From the NCBI GenBank assembly GCA_963823335.1, contig CAWGLD010000001.1, positions 480,001 through 544,000 of the forward strand: a stretch of DNA of 64,000 nucleotides, given 5' to 3'. This stretch comes from an uncultured delta proteobacterium. GTDB taxonomy: Bacteria; Desulfobacterota; Desulfobacteria; Desulfobacterales; B30-G6. Positions 33,151 to 42,750 of the stretch are shown here, one piece after another. The notes beneath the pieces are model-generated. The model saw only the letters and a list, made by a program, of their open reading frames with translations, ran no database searches and had not been told where the DNA came from. Numbering within the stretch: position 1 is the stretch's first letter; the number at the start of each line of letters is the position of its first letter. Made by a program: the position numbers and the translations under genes.

Positions 33151-33861
33151 CTAACGATAGGTCAGCAGGGTGTCGTCATTCTTCAGCTCCAGATGCGTGA
33201 TATCATTGAACCCGGCCAGTGCAAAGCCCCTGGCATTATATTTGAACCGGGTGACGGATGCGTTCATGATCTGCCAGGACAGGGCCATGGCCATCTTGTC
33301 CGTCAGGCCCAGGGCTTCCTGGACCACCACGGATATGGGTCCCCCGGAAGTAAATACGGCCAGACACTTCCCGGCCCCCTGGTTCTGCATGACCTGACGA
33401 GCCCCCCTGATCACCCGTTCACTGAAACCATGCCATGTGACGACTCCCGCAATATCGCATACGCCGGAAACCCAGCGGTTCATGGCTTCCTCGAACAGAA
33501 GCTGGAACGTCCTTTTGTCCGTGTAGATATGGGCAAGTTTTTCAGATATCGATGGCTTTTCTTCCATCATACCTGGAAGCTGGGCCTCGAAAACCGACGC
33601 AGAGTCGTATTCGTCGAAGGCCTCGTCCACAATGATATCCGGAACCGGCATGCGCTTCTCTTTATAGGCTGATACCAGCGCCCCTGCCGTGTCGACCTGC
33701 CGCTTCATGCCGCCCACATAAATGGCGTCGATCTTTCTGTCGATCCTGACCCAATGCCTGGCCACAATTTCTGCCTGCACGACACCCCTGGGAGACAGAC
33801 GGTCATAGTTTTCCTGACCAAACGATGCCTGGCCATGGCGGATCATGTAGAGTTCACTCAT
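33151..33861 (-). CDS. Histidine phosphatase family protein
   Basis: RHGQASFG, FTSGG. Confidence 0.9.
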   Translation of the reverse strand: MSELYMIRHGQASFGQENYDRLSPRGVVQAEIVARHWVRIDRKIDAIYVGGMKRQVDTAGALVSAYKEKRMPVPDIIVDEAFDEYDSASVFEAQLPGMMEEKPSISEKLAHIYTDKRTFQLLFEEAMNRWVSGVCDIAGVVTWHGFSERVIRGARQVMQNQGAGKCLAVFTSGGPISVVVQEALGLTDKMAMALSWQIMNASVTRFKYNARGFALAGFNDITHLELKNDDTLLTYR

Positions 33862-33891
33862 CAGAGTCGTTCTTAATAGGCTTCCGGAGCA

Positions 33892-34248
33892 TCATTCCCA
33901 CGATGGTTCCTCTCCTGCATACCGGTCCGGAGACGAAAGGTACCGGAATAAAAAAGCCGTCAATTGTTCTTCAGCCGCCATTCCCAGCATGCGTCCCTTT
34001 TCTTTGCCCCTGAAAAACAGCAGATATACCGGGGTCCCCTTGATGTGCAGCATCTGTCTGAACCCATTGATCAGCTCTTCTTCAAGCAAACAGACCTTTA
34101 AATTATTTTTATATTTTTCAGCTATTTGGTTTAATAGCATGGATTGGTTTGAAAAATCAGGGCCTTTGGGCATACACAACAACAGGACAGGTTTTACGGC
34201 CTTGTCGATTTCTGTGGCATAGTTTCGGTTGTTGATAAAGGTAATCAT
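33892..34248 (-). CDS. Thioredoxin-fold protein without CxxC
   Basis: KPVLL...LKVCLL...IKGTPVYLLF..GKE thioredoxin pattern; start uncertain. Confidence 0.65.
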   Translation of the reverse strand: MITFINNRNYATEIDKAVKPVLLLCMPKGPDFSNQSMLLNQIAEKYKNNLKVCLLEEELINGFRQMLHIKGTPVYLLFFRGKEKGRMLGMAAEEQLTAFLFRYLSSPDRYAGEEPSWE

Positions 34249-34301
34249 GGCACCTGCACTTTGAGTCGTGTGTGTCGGTTTTGGATATTTCAACTGATAA
34301 T

Positions 34302-34317
34302 TCAAATATCATGCCAA
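34302..34317 (-). promoter_or_regulatory. Putative sigma54 -24/-12 promoter
   Basis: TTGGCATGATATTTGA (GG-N10-GA, one mismatch at -12). Confidence 0.6.
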
Positions 34318-34406
34318 TCTATTCTGAATGCGTCATATTTGCAATCGTTTGATATAATTATTCTATTTTGATATGATCTTCATCTGTGAGCCTAGTGCCC
34401 TCCGGA

Positions 34407-34460
34407 ATATGTGCCATAGCACATATCTGTGCCAACGCACAAGTGTGCCATCCGCACACT
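34407..34460. promoter_or_regulatory. Three tandem TGTGC-N4/5-GCACA palindromes (probable enhancer)
   Basis: atatgtgccatagcacatat, tgtgccaacgcaca, agtgtgccatccgcacact. Confidence 0.65.
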
Positions 34461-34566
34461 GAAGCAGCAGGCCATGGTTGGCGCAAGGCCTGTTGACAAC
34501 ACCACAGGACAAGGTTAAATCAGCACATACTACAAAATCGCATCTACCAAACAGGAGGCTTAAAAG

Positions 34567-34866
34567 ATGATCGTTGTCGCCAAACTGAAAGCTCAGGAAG
34601 GAAAAGAAGCAATACTGGAAACTGCATTGCGGGACATGGTAAAGAAGGTGGCCTCCGAAGAAGGGACAGAGGCGTACACGCTCCACAAATCCAGCAAAGA
34701 TCCATCGTTGTTTATGTTCTACGAAAAATACAAAAATGCCGATGCGCTGAAACAACACAGTGCCACGCCGCATTTCAAGGCGCTTTTCGCGACCATTCAG
34801 CCCCTGCTGGCGGCACCGCCGGACATCGAGATGTATAAAGAACTGGCCGCACTGGACCAGTCCTAG
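34567..34866 (+). CDS. ABM-family putative quinol monooxygenase
   Basis: EEGT.AYTLH, FYEKY, H..TPHF; GGAGG RBS. Confidence 0.88.
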   Translation: MIVVAKLKAQEGKEAILETALRDMVKKVASEEGTEAYTLHKSSKDPSLFMFYEKYKNADALKQHSATPHFKALFATIQPLLAAPPDIEMYKELAALDQS

Positions 34867-35008
34867 CCCAATCGTTCTCTTTTGCCGGAAAACTTAGAAG
34901 AGACATTTTAGGCATTGGTTGCATACAATAATATGCTGGAATTTTATTGGATCATCAAACTTTGAATCGTCGATGGTTATTCACTATTGAAGAACCTCGC
35001 AGCGACCG

Positions 35009-37090
35009 CTAACGCGACGGCCGGGCAAGGCGGTACTGGGAAATTCTTCTGTAAAGTGTTCTGCGGCCGATACCCAGAAGGCGGGCTGACTTGGCGACAT
35101 TCCAGTCGGTCTGCTTCAGCATTGCCTGGATGTCACCACGATCCTTTCCAGGCGTTTTCCTGGCTGAAACTTTTGCGGACACCGGCAAGTCTCGAATATC
35201 GGTCGGGATATGCTGCAGGTGAATGGTGTTGCCATGACAGAGCACAAAAGCATGTTCGATGGTGTGCTCCAGCTCCCTGATATTGCCGGGCCAGTGATAG
35301 CCCATAAAAACACCCAGAACCTCATCCCCGAGCTTTTCGATATGCTTGCCAAAGTCCTGGTTAAACTTCTGGATAAAGTGATCCACCAGCAACGGTATAT
35401 CTTCCAGGCGGTCACGTAAGGGAGGAAGTCGGATTTCAACCACCTTGAGCCGGTAATAGAGATCTTCCCGGAATTCACCCTGCAGGACTTTCTGCTTCAA
35501 GTTCTTGTTCGTACTGGCCACGATGCGGACATCGGCCCTCATGGTGACGGAATCCCCCACCCGTTCAAATTCTTTTTCCTGCAGCACCCTGAGTAGTTTG
35601 AGCTGAATGCTGGCTGAAATATCACCGATTTCATCCAAATGGATAGTGCCCCCGTCAGCTGTCTCAAATCGACCCCGGGCATCTTTGACCGCCCCGGTGA
35701 AGGCTCCTTTTACATGCCCGAAAAGCTCGCTTTCGAGCAGGTTTTCAGCCAGAGCCGAGCAATTCACCGTCACAAAGGGCTTGAACGCCCGGTTGCCAAT
35801 ATTGTGAAGAGCCTTGGCCGCCAGCTCTTTGCCGGTCCCGCTGTCCCCCGTAATCAAAACCGTTGTCTCCAGGTCGGCGAGATCCTCCATCAGTTTGTAA
35901 ATCTCCCGCATGGGTCTGCTTTTGCCGATGATTTTCTGAAACCGGCTCCGCTCTGCAAGTTCTCTTTCCAGCTCGTTCAATCTCGTAATATCCCTGATGA
36001 CAAGGACGGCACCCATGAATTTGCCGTTCTTGTCCATAAGGGGGGAACAGGAAAGGTCCGATTTCTGGGACGGCCGCTGGGGATTACCACACTCCACCTG
36101 GTAGCCTTTGATGCTCGATTTCCGTTTCAGGGTCTCCAGCAGCACCTCGTGGCAGGCATTGTCACACCGACTGGAAACATCCGTAAATACTTTGCCGATA
36201 ATTTTTTTCGTTTCCAAGCCGCAGATGGCTTGCGCCGCCTGGTTGGCCTCGATCACCCTGAGATCTGTGTCCACGGTGATAATGGCATCTTTCACGCTTC
36301 GAAAAATGGCCCGGAGCCGATTGCGGTGCTCCATGGCATCGGCCTTGGCTCGCTTCCGGTCCGTGATGTCTCGAACAATACTGCGAAATCCTGCGGGCTC
36401 GCCCTTTGAATCTTTTTTTAATGATATGGAATACTCGAGTATTTTTCGAAGACCGCCCCTGGTGAATGTCTCAAATATGAACGACTTGCTGGGAATGCCG
36501 GTCAGATAGACCCGGTTAAAAGCCTGGTAGCAGGCATTGGCCGTCTCTTCGTCGGCGGTCTCGCGATAATTTCTACCCATGAGCCATTCCCGGGAAACAC
36601 CGAAAATTCTACAAACAGCATCATTGCAGAAAATGGTGTTGCCGGACAGATCGTTTTCTACGTAACCATCCTCGATATCATTGAGGGCACTCCGATAGTT
36701 TTCTTCTGTTTCACTCAGGGCGGCTTCCCTGTTCTTGAGTGCCGTAATATCGATCAGACACCCGATGTAATTTGAGCCCGTCTGCCCCGACCCCCCGGGA
36801 GGATTCCCGCTGACCCACACAAACGATCCATCCTTTTTCATCAGTCTGAAAACAATTGGCCCCCTGTCTCCAGCGGCAGGGGTGGCTTCCATTGCAGCGT
36901 TGTCAAGCAACAATTTGTCATCCGGATGAACGATGTCCAGAATGTTTATGCCTGTGAGCTCCGAAAAATTGCCGTAACCCAGCATCTGCAGCAGCGCCTT
37001 GTTGACATAACAGACGCTTTCACCATCCAGGGCATACACCCCCGCGGTCAAATTTTCCAGCACACTCTGATCGTACTTGCCCATGTGCAT
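35009..37090 (-). CDS. sigma54-dependent activator with three PAS domains and Fis HTH
   Basis: [39 protein letters not shown]. Confidence 0.95.
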   Translation of the reverse strand: MHMGKYDQSVLENLTAGVYALDGESVCYVNKALLQMLGYGNFSELTGINILDIVHPDDKLLLDNAAMEATPAAGDRGPIVFRLMKKDGSFVWVSGNPPGGSGQTGSNYIGCLIDITALKNREAALSETEENYRSALNDIEDGYVENDLSGNTIFCNDAVCRIFGVSREWLMGRNYRETADEETANACYQAFNRVYLTGIPSKSFIFETFTRGGLRKILEYSISLKKDSKGEPAGFRSIVRDITDRKRAKADAMEHRNRLRAIFRSVKDAIITVDTDLRVIEANQAAQAICGLETKKIIGKVFTDVSSRCDNACHEVLLETLKRKSSIKGYQVECGNPQRPSQKSDLSCSPLMDKNGKFMGAVLVIRDITRLNELERELAERSRFQKIIGKSRPMREIYKLMEDLADLETTVLITGDSGTGKELAAKALHNIGNRAFKPFVTVNCSALAENLLESELFGHVKGAFTGAVKDARGRFETADGGTIHLDEIGDISASIQLKLLRVLQEKEFERVGDSVTMRADVRIVASTNKNLKQKVLQGEFREDLYYRLKVVEIRLPPLRDRLEDIPLLVDHFIQKFNQDFGKHIEKLGDEVLGVFMGYHWPGNIRELEHTIEHAFVLCHGNTIHLQHIPTDIRDLPVSAKVSARKTPGKDRGDIQAMLKQTDWNVAKSARLLGIGRRTLYRRISQYRLARPSR

Positions 37091-37184
37091 TACTTTCGCT
37101 ACCTGACAAAGGTTTCCCGCTCAGTTCCGACAATCGACAGACCGGCAAGCCGTTGAGACGGGGCAACGTTCATGCATGAACCTG

Positions 37185-38294
37185 TCAGGATACGTCCCTG
37201 TCTTTCTGGTCCATGACGCAAAACAACCCTTTGCCGGCCATAATGGGTCCAAAGCACTTGTTGTCGGAAAGACAGGCTGACTTTGTGAGATTCCCCGATC
37301 GCCATCGGTTGATCAGGCCCGGTTCCCGGATAAAAGGCCGGCACAAGGAAATATAATCTGCAACACCATTCTCGACAATCTGCCGGGCTGTTTCATAGGA
37401 TCGGTTCCCCCCCACCAGAATCAGCGGCACCTGCACTTCTGTCTTGAATGCCATTGCCTCCTTTTGAAAATAGGCCTCTTTTTCCGGCGTATGAATACCC
37501 ATCCGGCTGGGACTCATTTTTCCCCCGGTGAGGAGGCCCCCGCTCAACTCGATGGCGTCGAGACCCTCTTGCGCCAGCATCTTGCCTACCTGTATGGCAT
37601 CATCCAGAACAAGACCGTTATCAAAAAAATCAGCGCAGTTCATTTTTATCAATACAGGATACTCCGGGCCAACGGATTCGCGTATGGCTTTCAGGACCGC
37701 CAGCAGCAGTTTGGCCCTGTTCTGGATTTCACCACCCCAGGCATCGGTTCGCTGATTGTAGATCGGTGAAAGAAACTGGCTCAACAGATATCCATGGGCG
37801 GCATGGATCTGCACCCCATCGAAACCTGCCTGTTTGGCCCGCCGGGCTGCTTCTGTAAAGGCAATTACAACAGTGTCAAGACCTTCTTCGGTCAATGCTT
37901 GGCGCGGGGATTTGGCTATGCCTTCTACAGCCGAGGGTGCCACCGGCACCAAACCGCTCAGTTTACCATTGGCGTGGTAGCCGGCATGGGCGAGCTGCAT
38001 CACGATTTTGCCGCCCTTGTCATGAACGGCGCCGGTCATCCGCTGCAACCCGGGAATCAGGTCATCCGTATAAACGCCCAACTGCCAGGGCCCGGCCTGA
38101 CCTTCCCTGCTGACATAAGCGTGACTGCTAATGATGAGACCGACACCCCCCTGGGCAAGATCGGTCATAAGCCTGGTCAGACCGGGTGTGACAGCGCCAT
38201 CGTCGGCAGCCATGCCTTCCCAGGTCGCAGAGCGGACAAAGCGGTTTTCCAGGGTCATCGTGTTAATTCTCGTTGTCTCAAATAGATCTGTCAT
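37185..38294 (-). CDS. NADH:flavin oxidoreductase (Old Yellow Enzyme family)
   Basis: NRFVRSAT, QLAHAG, HAAHGYLLSQFLSP. Confidence 0.92.
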   Translation of the reverse strand: MTDLFETTRINTMTLENRFVRSATWEGMAADDGAVTPGLTRLMTDLAQGGVGLIISSHAYVSREGQAGPWQLGVYTDDLIPGLQRMTGAVHDKGGKIVMQLAHAGYHANGKLSGLVPVAPSAVEGIAKSPRQALTEEGLDTVVIAFTEAARRAKQAGFDGVQIHAAHGYLLSQFLSPIYNQRTDAWGGEIQNRAKLLLAVLKAIRESVGPEYPVLIKMNCADFFDNGLVLDDAIQVGKMLAQEGLDAIELSGGLLTGGKMSPSRMGIHTPEKEAYFQKEAMAFKTEVQVPLILVGGNRSYETARQIVENGVADYISLCRPFIREPGLINRWRSGNLTKSACLSDNKCFGPIMAGKGLFCVMDQKDRDVS

Positions 38295-39283
38295 GTCGAT
38301 ATCTCCTTTTGCATGATCACCTGAGAAAATTTTCCCCTGATGATCTGTTCCGTCTCTGCCATAATACGGTCCAGCAGCTCTTGACAGGTGGGAATATCCT
38401 TGATCAGTCCCATGCTCTGTCCTGCTGCGAGAACACCTTTTTCCATTTTCCCCTGCTCCAGCATCTCTTTTCCCACCAGGCCGGACACATAAGGTGCGAT
38501 ATCCTCAATCCGGGTGTCCCCCCTGCTCTCGATATCCAGAATTTTCTGGACGATGGGGTTGTGCATCACACGCTCGGTATTGCGCAGAGAACGCATGATC
38601 AGCCGGGTATCCCGTTCCCCATGACGCATCAGCGCAGCCTTGACCTCCGGATGAACCGGGGCCTCCTTCGTGGCCACAAAGCGGGTACCCATGTTCATAC
38701 CGTCCGCTCCCAGGCCCAGAGCACCCACCAGACCACGTCCGTCAGCAAACCCGCCCGATGCGATGATGGGCAAATCGATGGCGTCCCGGGTAAGCGGTAT
38801 CAGAATCAGGGATGTCACATCATCTTCACCCGGGTGCCCTGCGGCTTCGAATCCATCGATACTGACAGCATCACAACCGATTTTCTGGGCCTTGACGGCG
38901 TGTCTCACCGAGGTGCACTTGTGGACAACCTTGATCCCGGCGGATTTTAACTGGTCCATGTACGGTTCGGGGTTTCTTCCGGCGGTTTCGATAAAACGGA
39001 TACCCTCCTGGATGCAGACATCGATATATGCAGGATAATCCGGTGGCCGCATGGTCGGCAAAAAAGTCAGATTGATCCCGAAAGGCTTGTCGGTCAATTC
39101 TCGGCATTTGCGGATCTCTGTCCGCAACCCTTCGGGTTCGGGAAAGGTCAGGGCCGTCATAAATCCGATGCCGCCGGCATTCCCCACTGCCGAAGCCAGC
39201 TCGGACCTGGCGATCCACATGAGCCCCCCCTGGACGATGGGACGCTCGATACCGAAAAGGTCGGTAATTCTGGTTTTTAACAT
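38291..39283 (-). CDS. Nitronate monooxygenase / FabK-like flavin oxidoreductase
   Basis: PIVQGG, EAAGH, ASGGFADG, MGTRF. Confidence 0.9.
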   Translation of the reverse strand: MLKTRITDLFGIERPIVQGGLMWIARSELASAVGNAGGIGFMTALTFPEPEGLRTEIRKCRELTDKPFGINLTFLPTMRPPDYPAYIDVCIQEGIRFIETAGRNPEPYMDQLKSAGIKVVHKCTSVRHAVKAQKIGCDAVSIDGFEAAGHPGEDDVTSLILIPLTRDAIDLPIIASGGFADGRGLVGALGLGADGMNMGTRFVATKEAPVHPEVKAALMRHGERDTRLIMRSLRNTERVMHNPIVQKILDIESRGDTRIEDIAPYVSGLVGKEMLEQGKMEKGVLAAGQSMGLIKDIPTCQELLDRIMAETEQIIRGKFSQVIMQKEIST

Positions 39284-39302
39284 AATTCCACCTTTGGTTG
39301 TT

Positions 39303-39351
39303 AGCGATAAGCTGTAAGCCATAAGCCGCTTATCGCTTACAGCTTATCGCT
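39303..39351. repeat. Heptamer-built hairpin
   Basis: Perfect 17 bp IR agcgataagctgtaagc / gcttacagcttatcgct. Confidence 0.75.
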
Positions 39352-39525
39352 CAAATCTTAAACCTTCTAAATCCCAGACCCTAAAAGCCCATTTCTTTAT
39401 TCTAAGATCCTTTTATGCTGGGATGCTTGGATGCCGGGATGCCGCTTTCCGTTTACAGCTGTTTGCTACCCTCGAACCCTTGTATTCCCCTCGGACCCTC
39501 AGACCCTTTTCTTCACCCTCGAACC

Positions 39526-40059
39526 CTATAGATGAATTGCCCCGCTCACCGGTGCCTCCCAGTCGAGCTGCTGATCTTCGGCGATCCGGGTGTCGAATTT
39601 CTGCGAAATATCCTGGGGCATGGCCATTGCTTTGCGCAATTTCAGATCCGCATGAGTCCCCAGAACTTCCAGGACGGCTGCCAGTTTGTTAGCGCTTTCG
39701 TTGATCATGAAATTCATAAAATGAAATCGTTTCTCGTTGCGTCCCAGCAGACGGATACGCATGGCCACGGTTTCCCCGACTTTAACTTCAGAAAAATACT
39801 GGATAAAGTGTTTCAGTGCAAACACACCCATCTGTTTCCGGATAAAATAACTCTCGTCCAGACCATGGGATATAAACAACTTCCAGACCGAGGTGTCGAA
39901 AAGGGCCATATACCAGCGGACATTCATGTGCCCCATGGCATCCAGATAGGTTTTCGGGATGGTTTCACGGTGATATAAGGGCAGCATCGCCAGCTTGTCC
40001 AATGGCACCAGACACCCTTTTGTTTTTTCCCAGATACCACATTCTGACGTGCTTTCCAT
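39526..40059 (-). CDS. Hotdog-fold thioesterase
   Basis: DAMGHMNV..Y. Confidence 0.85.
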   Translation of the reverse strand: MESTSECGIWEKTKGCLVPLDKLAMLPLYHRETIPKTYLDAMGHMNVRWYMALFDTSVWKLFISHGLDESYFIRKQMGVFALKHFIQYFSEVKVGETVAMRIRLLGRNEKRFHFMNFMINESANKLAAVLEVLGTHADLKLRKAMAMPQDISQKFDTRIAEDQQLDWEAPVSGAIHL

Positions 40060-40126
40060 ATTTTTACCCTCTTTCCGGGCAGACACTAGTTAAGGGCCAC
40101 CGACCAAGAGCTACCAGCTAACATCG

Positions 40127-42127
40127 TTAGATGTTCCGGCCTGCCGCAAACCCGTTGTGAACCGCATCAAATGCCAGGGCTACCATGTGTGCATCTCCCA
40201 CAACCTGATACGGGATATCTTTTTTCCGCACCATTTCCTGCAGCGGATTGTAGGATTCGGATCCCACCGCCAGAACCACGGTATCCGCAGGAATGGTCTC
40301 CGTCCGTCCGTCCATTTCAACGGTGACACCCAGGGGTGTAATCTCCAGGGCCCTGGTGGAAACATTCGTTTTCACCCCAATACGTGACATATCCTGAAGC
40401 ATGCCCCAGCGCGTGGTCAAACCAATATCTTTGCCGATTTTTTTTATCATCTCAATAAGTACGACATCCTTGGTTCCCTGGGTTGCCAGTTCATATAAAT
40501 CTTCGGGTGTTTCCGCCTTGTTCACCAGCAGGAATTTGAGCGCTTCACCGGAAAGTGTTCCCTTTTCACCCAGAAACAGGGCCGTTTCCACTCCCACGGC
40601 TCCGCCGCCGATCACCACCACTTGCCGGCCCGTGACGACCCTGTTTAAGAGCACATCCCAGGACTGGACCACATGCCCAAGCTCCACTCCGGGAATCGGT
40701 GGGGTGATGGGTCTCGCACCGGTCGCCAGAATGACCCTGGCTGGGCTTTCATCGTCCAGTATCTTCTCGTCCACTGTGGTGTTGAGAACCACCCGGATCT
40801 TCTGAACAGCCACCTGGGTGGCCAGATCTCTGGCCAGTTCCGCAAACTCGGCCCTGCCCGGTGGTGCAGACGCCAGGTAGAGCTGCCCGCCGAGACGATT
40901 CCCACTTTCGTAGATCACCACGTCATGCCCGCATTCCGCGGCCGCAAGAGCTGCGCTCATACCGGCGGGTCCGCCGCCCACCACCATAACCTTTAAAGGC
41001 ACATCCGAGGCCTGCAGACGGCATTCCTTTTCGTGCCCTGCCTTGGGATTGCAAAGACACTCCACTGACTTCAACTTGAACAGGTGATCGAAACACCCCT
41101 GGGCACAGGCGATACAATGGACGATTTCATTCTCGCGTCCCGTAGCGGCCTTTTCCGGGAGATAGGGATCCGCGATCAAGGGCCGCCCCATGGCAACCAT
41201 GTCACACATGCCGTCGGCAATCATTTCCCTGGCCGTGGCTGGATCGTTGATGCGGTGGCTGGCAATGACGGGTATGTTCACGAGGTCTTTGATCCCTTTT
41301 GCCAGATATCCGAACACACCCCTGGGGACAGATGTGGTAATCTGGGGCACCCGCGCCTCGTGCCAGCCCACGTTGATGCACAACCCGTCCACACCTGCCT
41401 TCGCCAGCGTCTGGGCATACACGGCCAATTCTTTGCGCCCCTGCCCTCCGGGCATAAAATCGTTGCCGTTCATACGCACAATCAGGGGATAATCGCTGCC
41501 CGTAACCGCCTTGATACGCTGCATGACTTCCAGACCAAAACGCATCCGGTTTTCATAGGAGCCCCCATATGCATCCGTTCGCAGATTGGTGAGAGGAGAC
41601 AAAAACTCGGAGATGAGATACCCGGTGCCACTCAAAACCTCCACGGCGTCAAAACCGGCTTCTTTTACACGCCGCGCTGCCTGGGCAAAGCTTTCGACAA
41701 TCTCCGCGATTTCTTCGATATTCAATTCCCGGGGGGTTTCCTTGGTCATGCGGGAGGGGACCGGCGATGGAGCCACAGGTTTCTTGCCGCCCGTAAAAAA
41801 GGAAAAATTGTAGCGGCCGGCATGGTTCAACTGTACAGCACTACGGGCGCCATGGCTCTTGATGCCGTCAGCCAGATCCCTGAGCCCGGGGATAAATTCA
41901 TCCTTGTGCGCACCGATGTTCATTGTGGAGCCCGAAAGTTCGTCCACGGTGGCATAGCCGACACTGATCATGCCCACACCCCCGCGAGCCCTCTCAGCAT
42001 AAAATTCAACGAGTCGTTCCGTGACCTTGTAATCTTCGGCCATGTTCATATGCATGGCCGGCAGATAGATTCGGTTCTTGACTTCCAGCCCACCGATCTT
42101 GATTGGATTAAATAACGGATCCTTCAT
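40127..42127 (-). CDS. fadH: 2,4-dienoyl-CoA reductase-like FMN/FeS/FAD oxidoreductase
   Basis: OYE barrel, GWHEARVP, CIACAQGC..C..NP, two GxGxxG motifs. Confidence 0.85.
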   Translation of the reverse strand: MKDPLFNPIKIGGLEVKNRIYLPAMHMNMAEDYKVTERLVEFYAERARGGVGMISVGYATVDELSGSTMNIGAHKDEFIPGLRDLADGIKSHGARSAVQLNHAGRYNFSFFTGGKKPVAPSPVPSRMTKETPRELNIEEIAEIVESFAQAARRVKEAGFDAVEVLSGTGYLISEFLSPLTNLRTDAYGGSYENRMRFGLEVMQRIKAVTGSDYPLIVRMNGNDFMPGGQGRKELAVYAQTLAKAGVDGLCINVGWHEARVPQITTSVPRGVFGYLAKGIKDLVNIPVIASHRINDPATAREMIADGMCDMVAMGRPLIADPYLPEKAATGRENEIVHCIACAQGCFDHLFKLKSVECLCNPKAGHEKECRLQASDVPLKVMVVGGGPAGMSAALAAAECGHDVVIYESGNRLGGQLYLASAPPGRAEFAELARDLATQVAVQKIRVVLNTTVDEKILDDESPARVILATGARPITPPIPGVELGHVVQSWDVLLNRVVTGRQVVVIGGGAVGVETALFLGEKGTLSGEALKFLLVNKAETPEDLYELATQGTKDVVLIEMIKKIGKDIGLTTRWGMLQDMSRIGVKTNVSTRALEITPLGVTVEMDGRTETIPADTVVLAVGSESYNPLQEMVRKKDIPYQVVGDAHMVALAFDAVHNGFAAGRNI

Positions 42128-42187
42128 GATTGTCTTTCCTCCTCAAATAAGCGGCAACGCCGCGTCAAATAAATTCGCACAGCAAAT

Positions 42188-42607
42188 TTATTTGGTATAC
42201 GAAACATCCCGCAACAAGCGTTTAAATAAAACCCTCTCTTCAATGGTCAAGCCCTCCAGGCACTCTCGATTGGCCTGGTCCCGCTCGGCGGTTAGTCTGG
42301 GCTTCAATGAAATACCCTTGTCAGACAGACAAATGCGCAGGCTACGCTTGTCTTCCGGATCGGGATGCTTGAAAATCCATCCCCCTGAAACCATTCTTTC
42401 CAGAACACCCGACAACGTTGCCGGATCCAGTACCAGTCGTTCGCTGATAGTGCTGGCCGATAGACCGTCTTCATCCCAGAGCACTTCCAGGATGAGGTGT
42501 TGTATGGGTGTCAGGCCGTATCCGGTCAAGCACTTTTTAAAGGTTCCATGCGCTTTCTGGTAAGCCTTGGCCAGTAAAAATATGACGCAGTCTTTGAATT
42601 TATCCAT
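42188..42607 (-). CDS. MarR family regulator
   Basis: LTPIQ, wHTH, DPEDKRS. Confidence 0.9.
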   Translation of the reverse strand: MDKFKDCVIFLLAKAYQKAHGTFKKCLTGYGLTPIQHLILEVLWDEDGLSASTISERLVLDPATLSGVLERMVSGGWIFKHPDPEDKRSLRICLSDKGISLKPRLTAERDQANRECLEGLTIEERVLFKRLLRDVSYTK

Positions 42608-42750
42608 ATTTAAATCCTTCGCATGCTAACTAATTTGATATTGTTCCTCTTGTCAAGGCTAAATAGGCCATACGCCTTAAGCGATAAGCGGTTTACGGCT
42701 TATCGCTTTAATCTTTATAATTTCCCCCATATAGTGTAGGCTCATCCACC

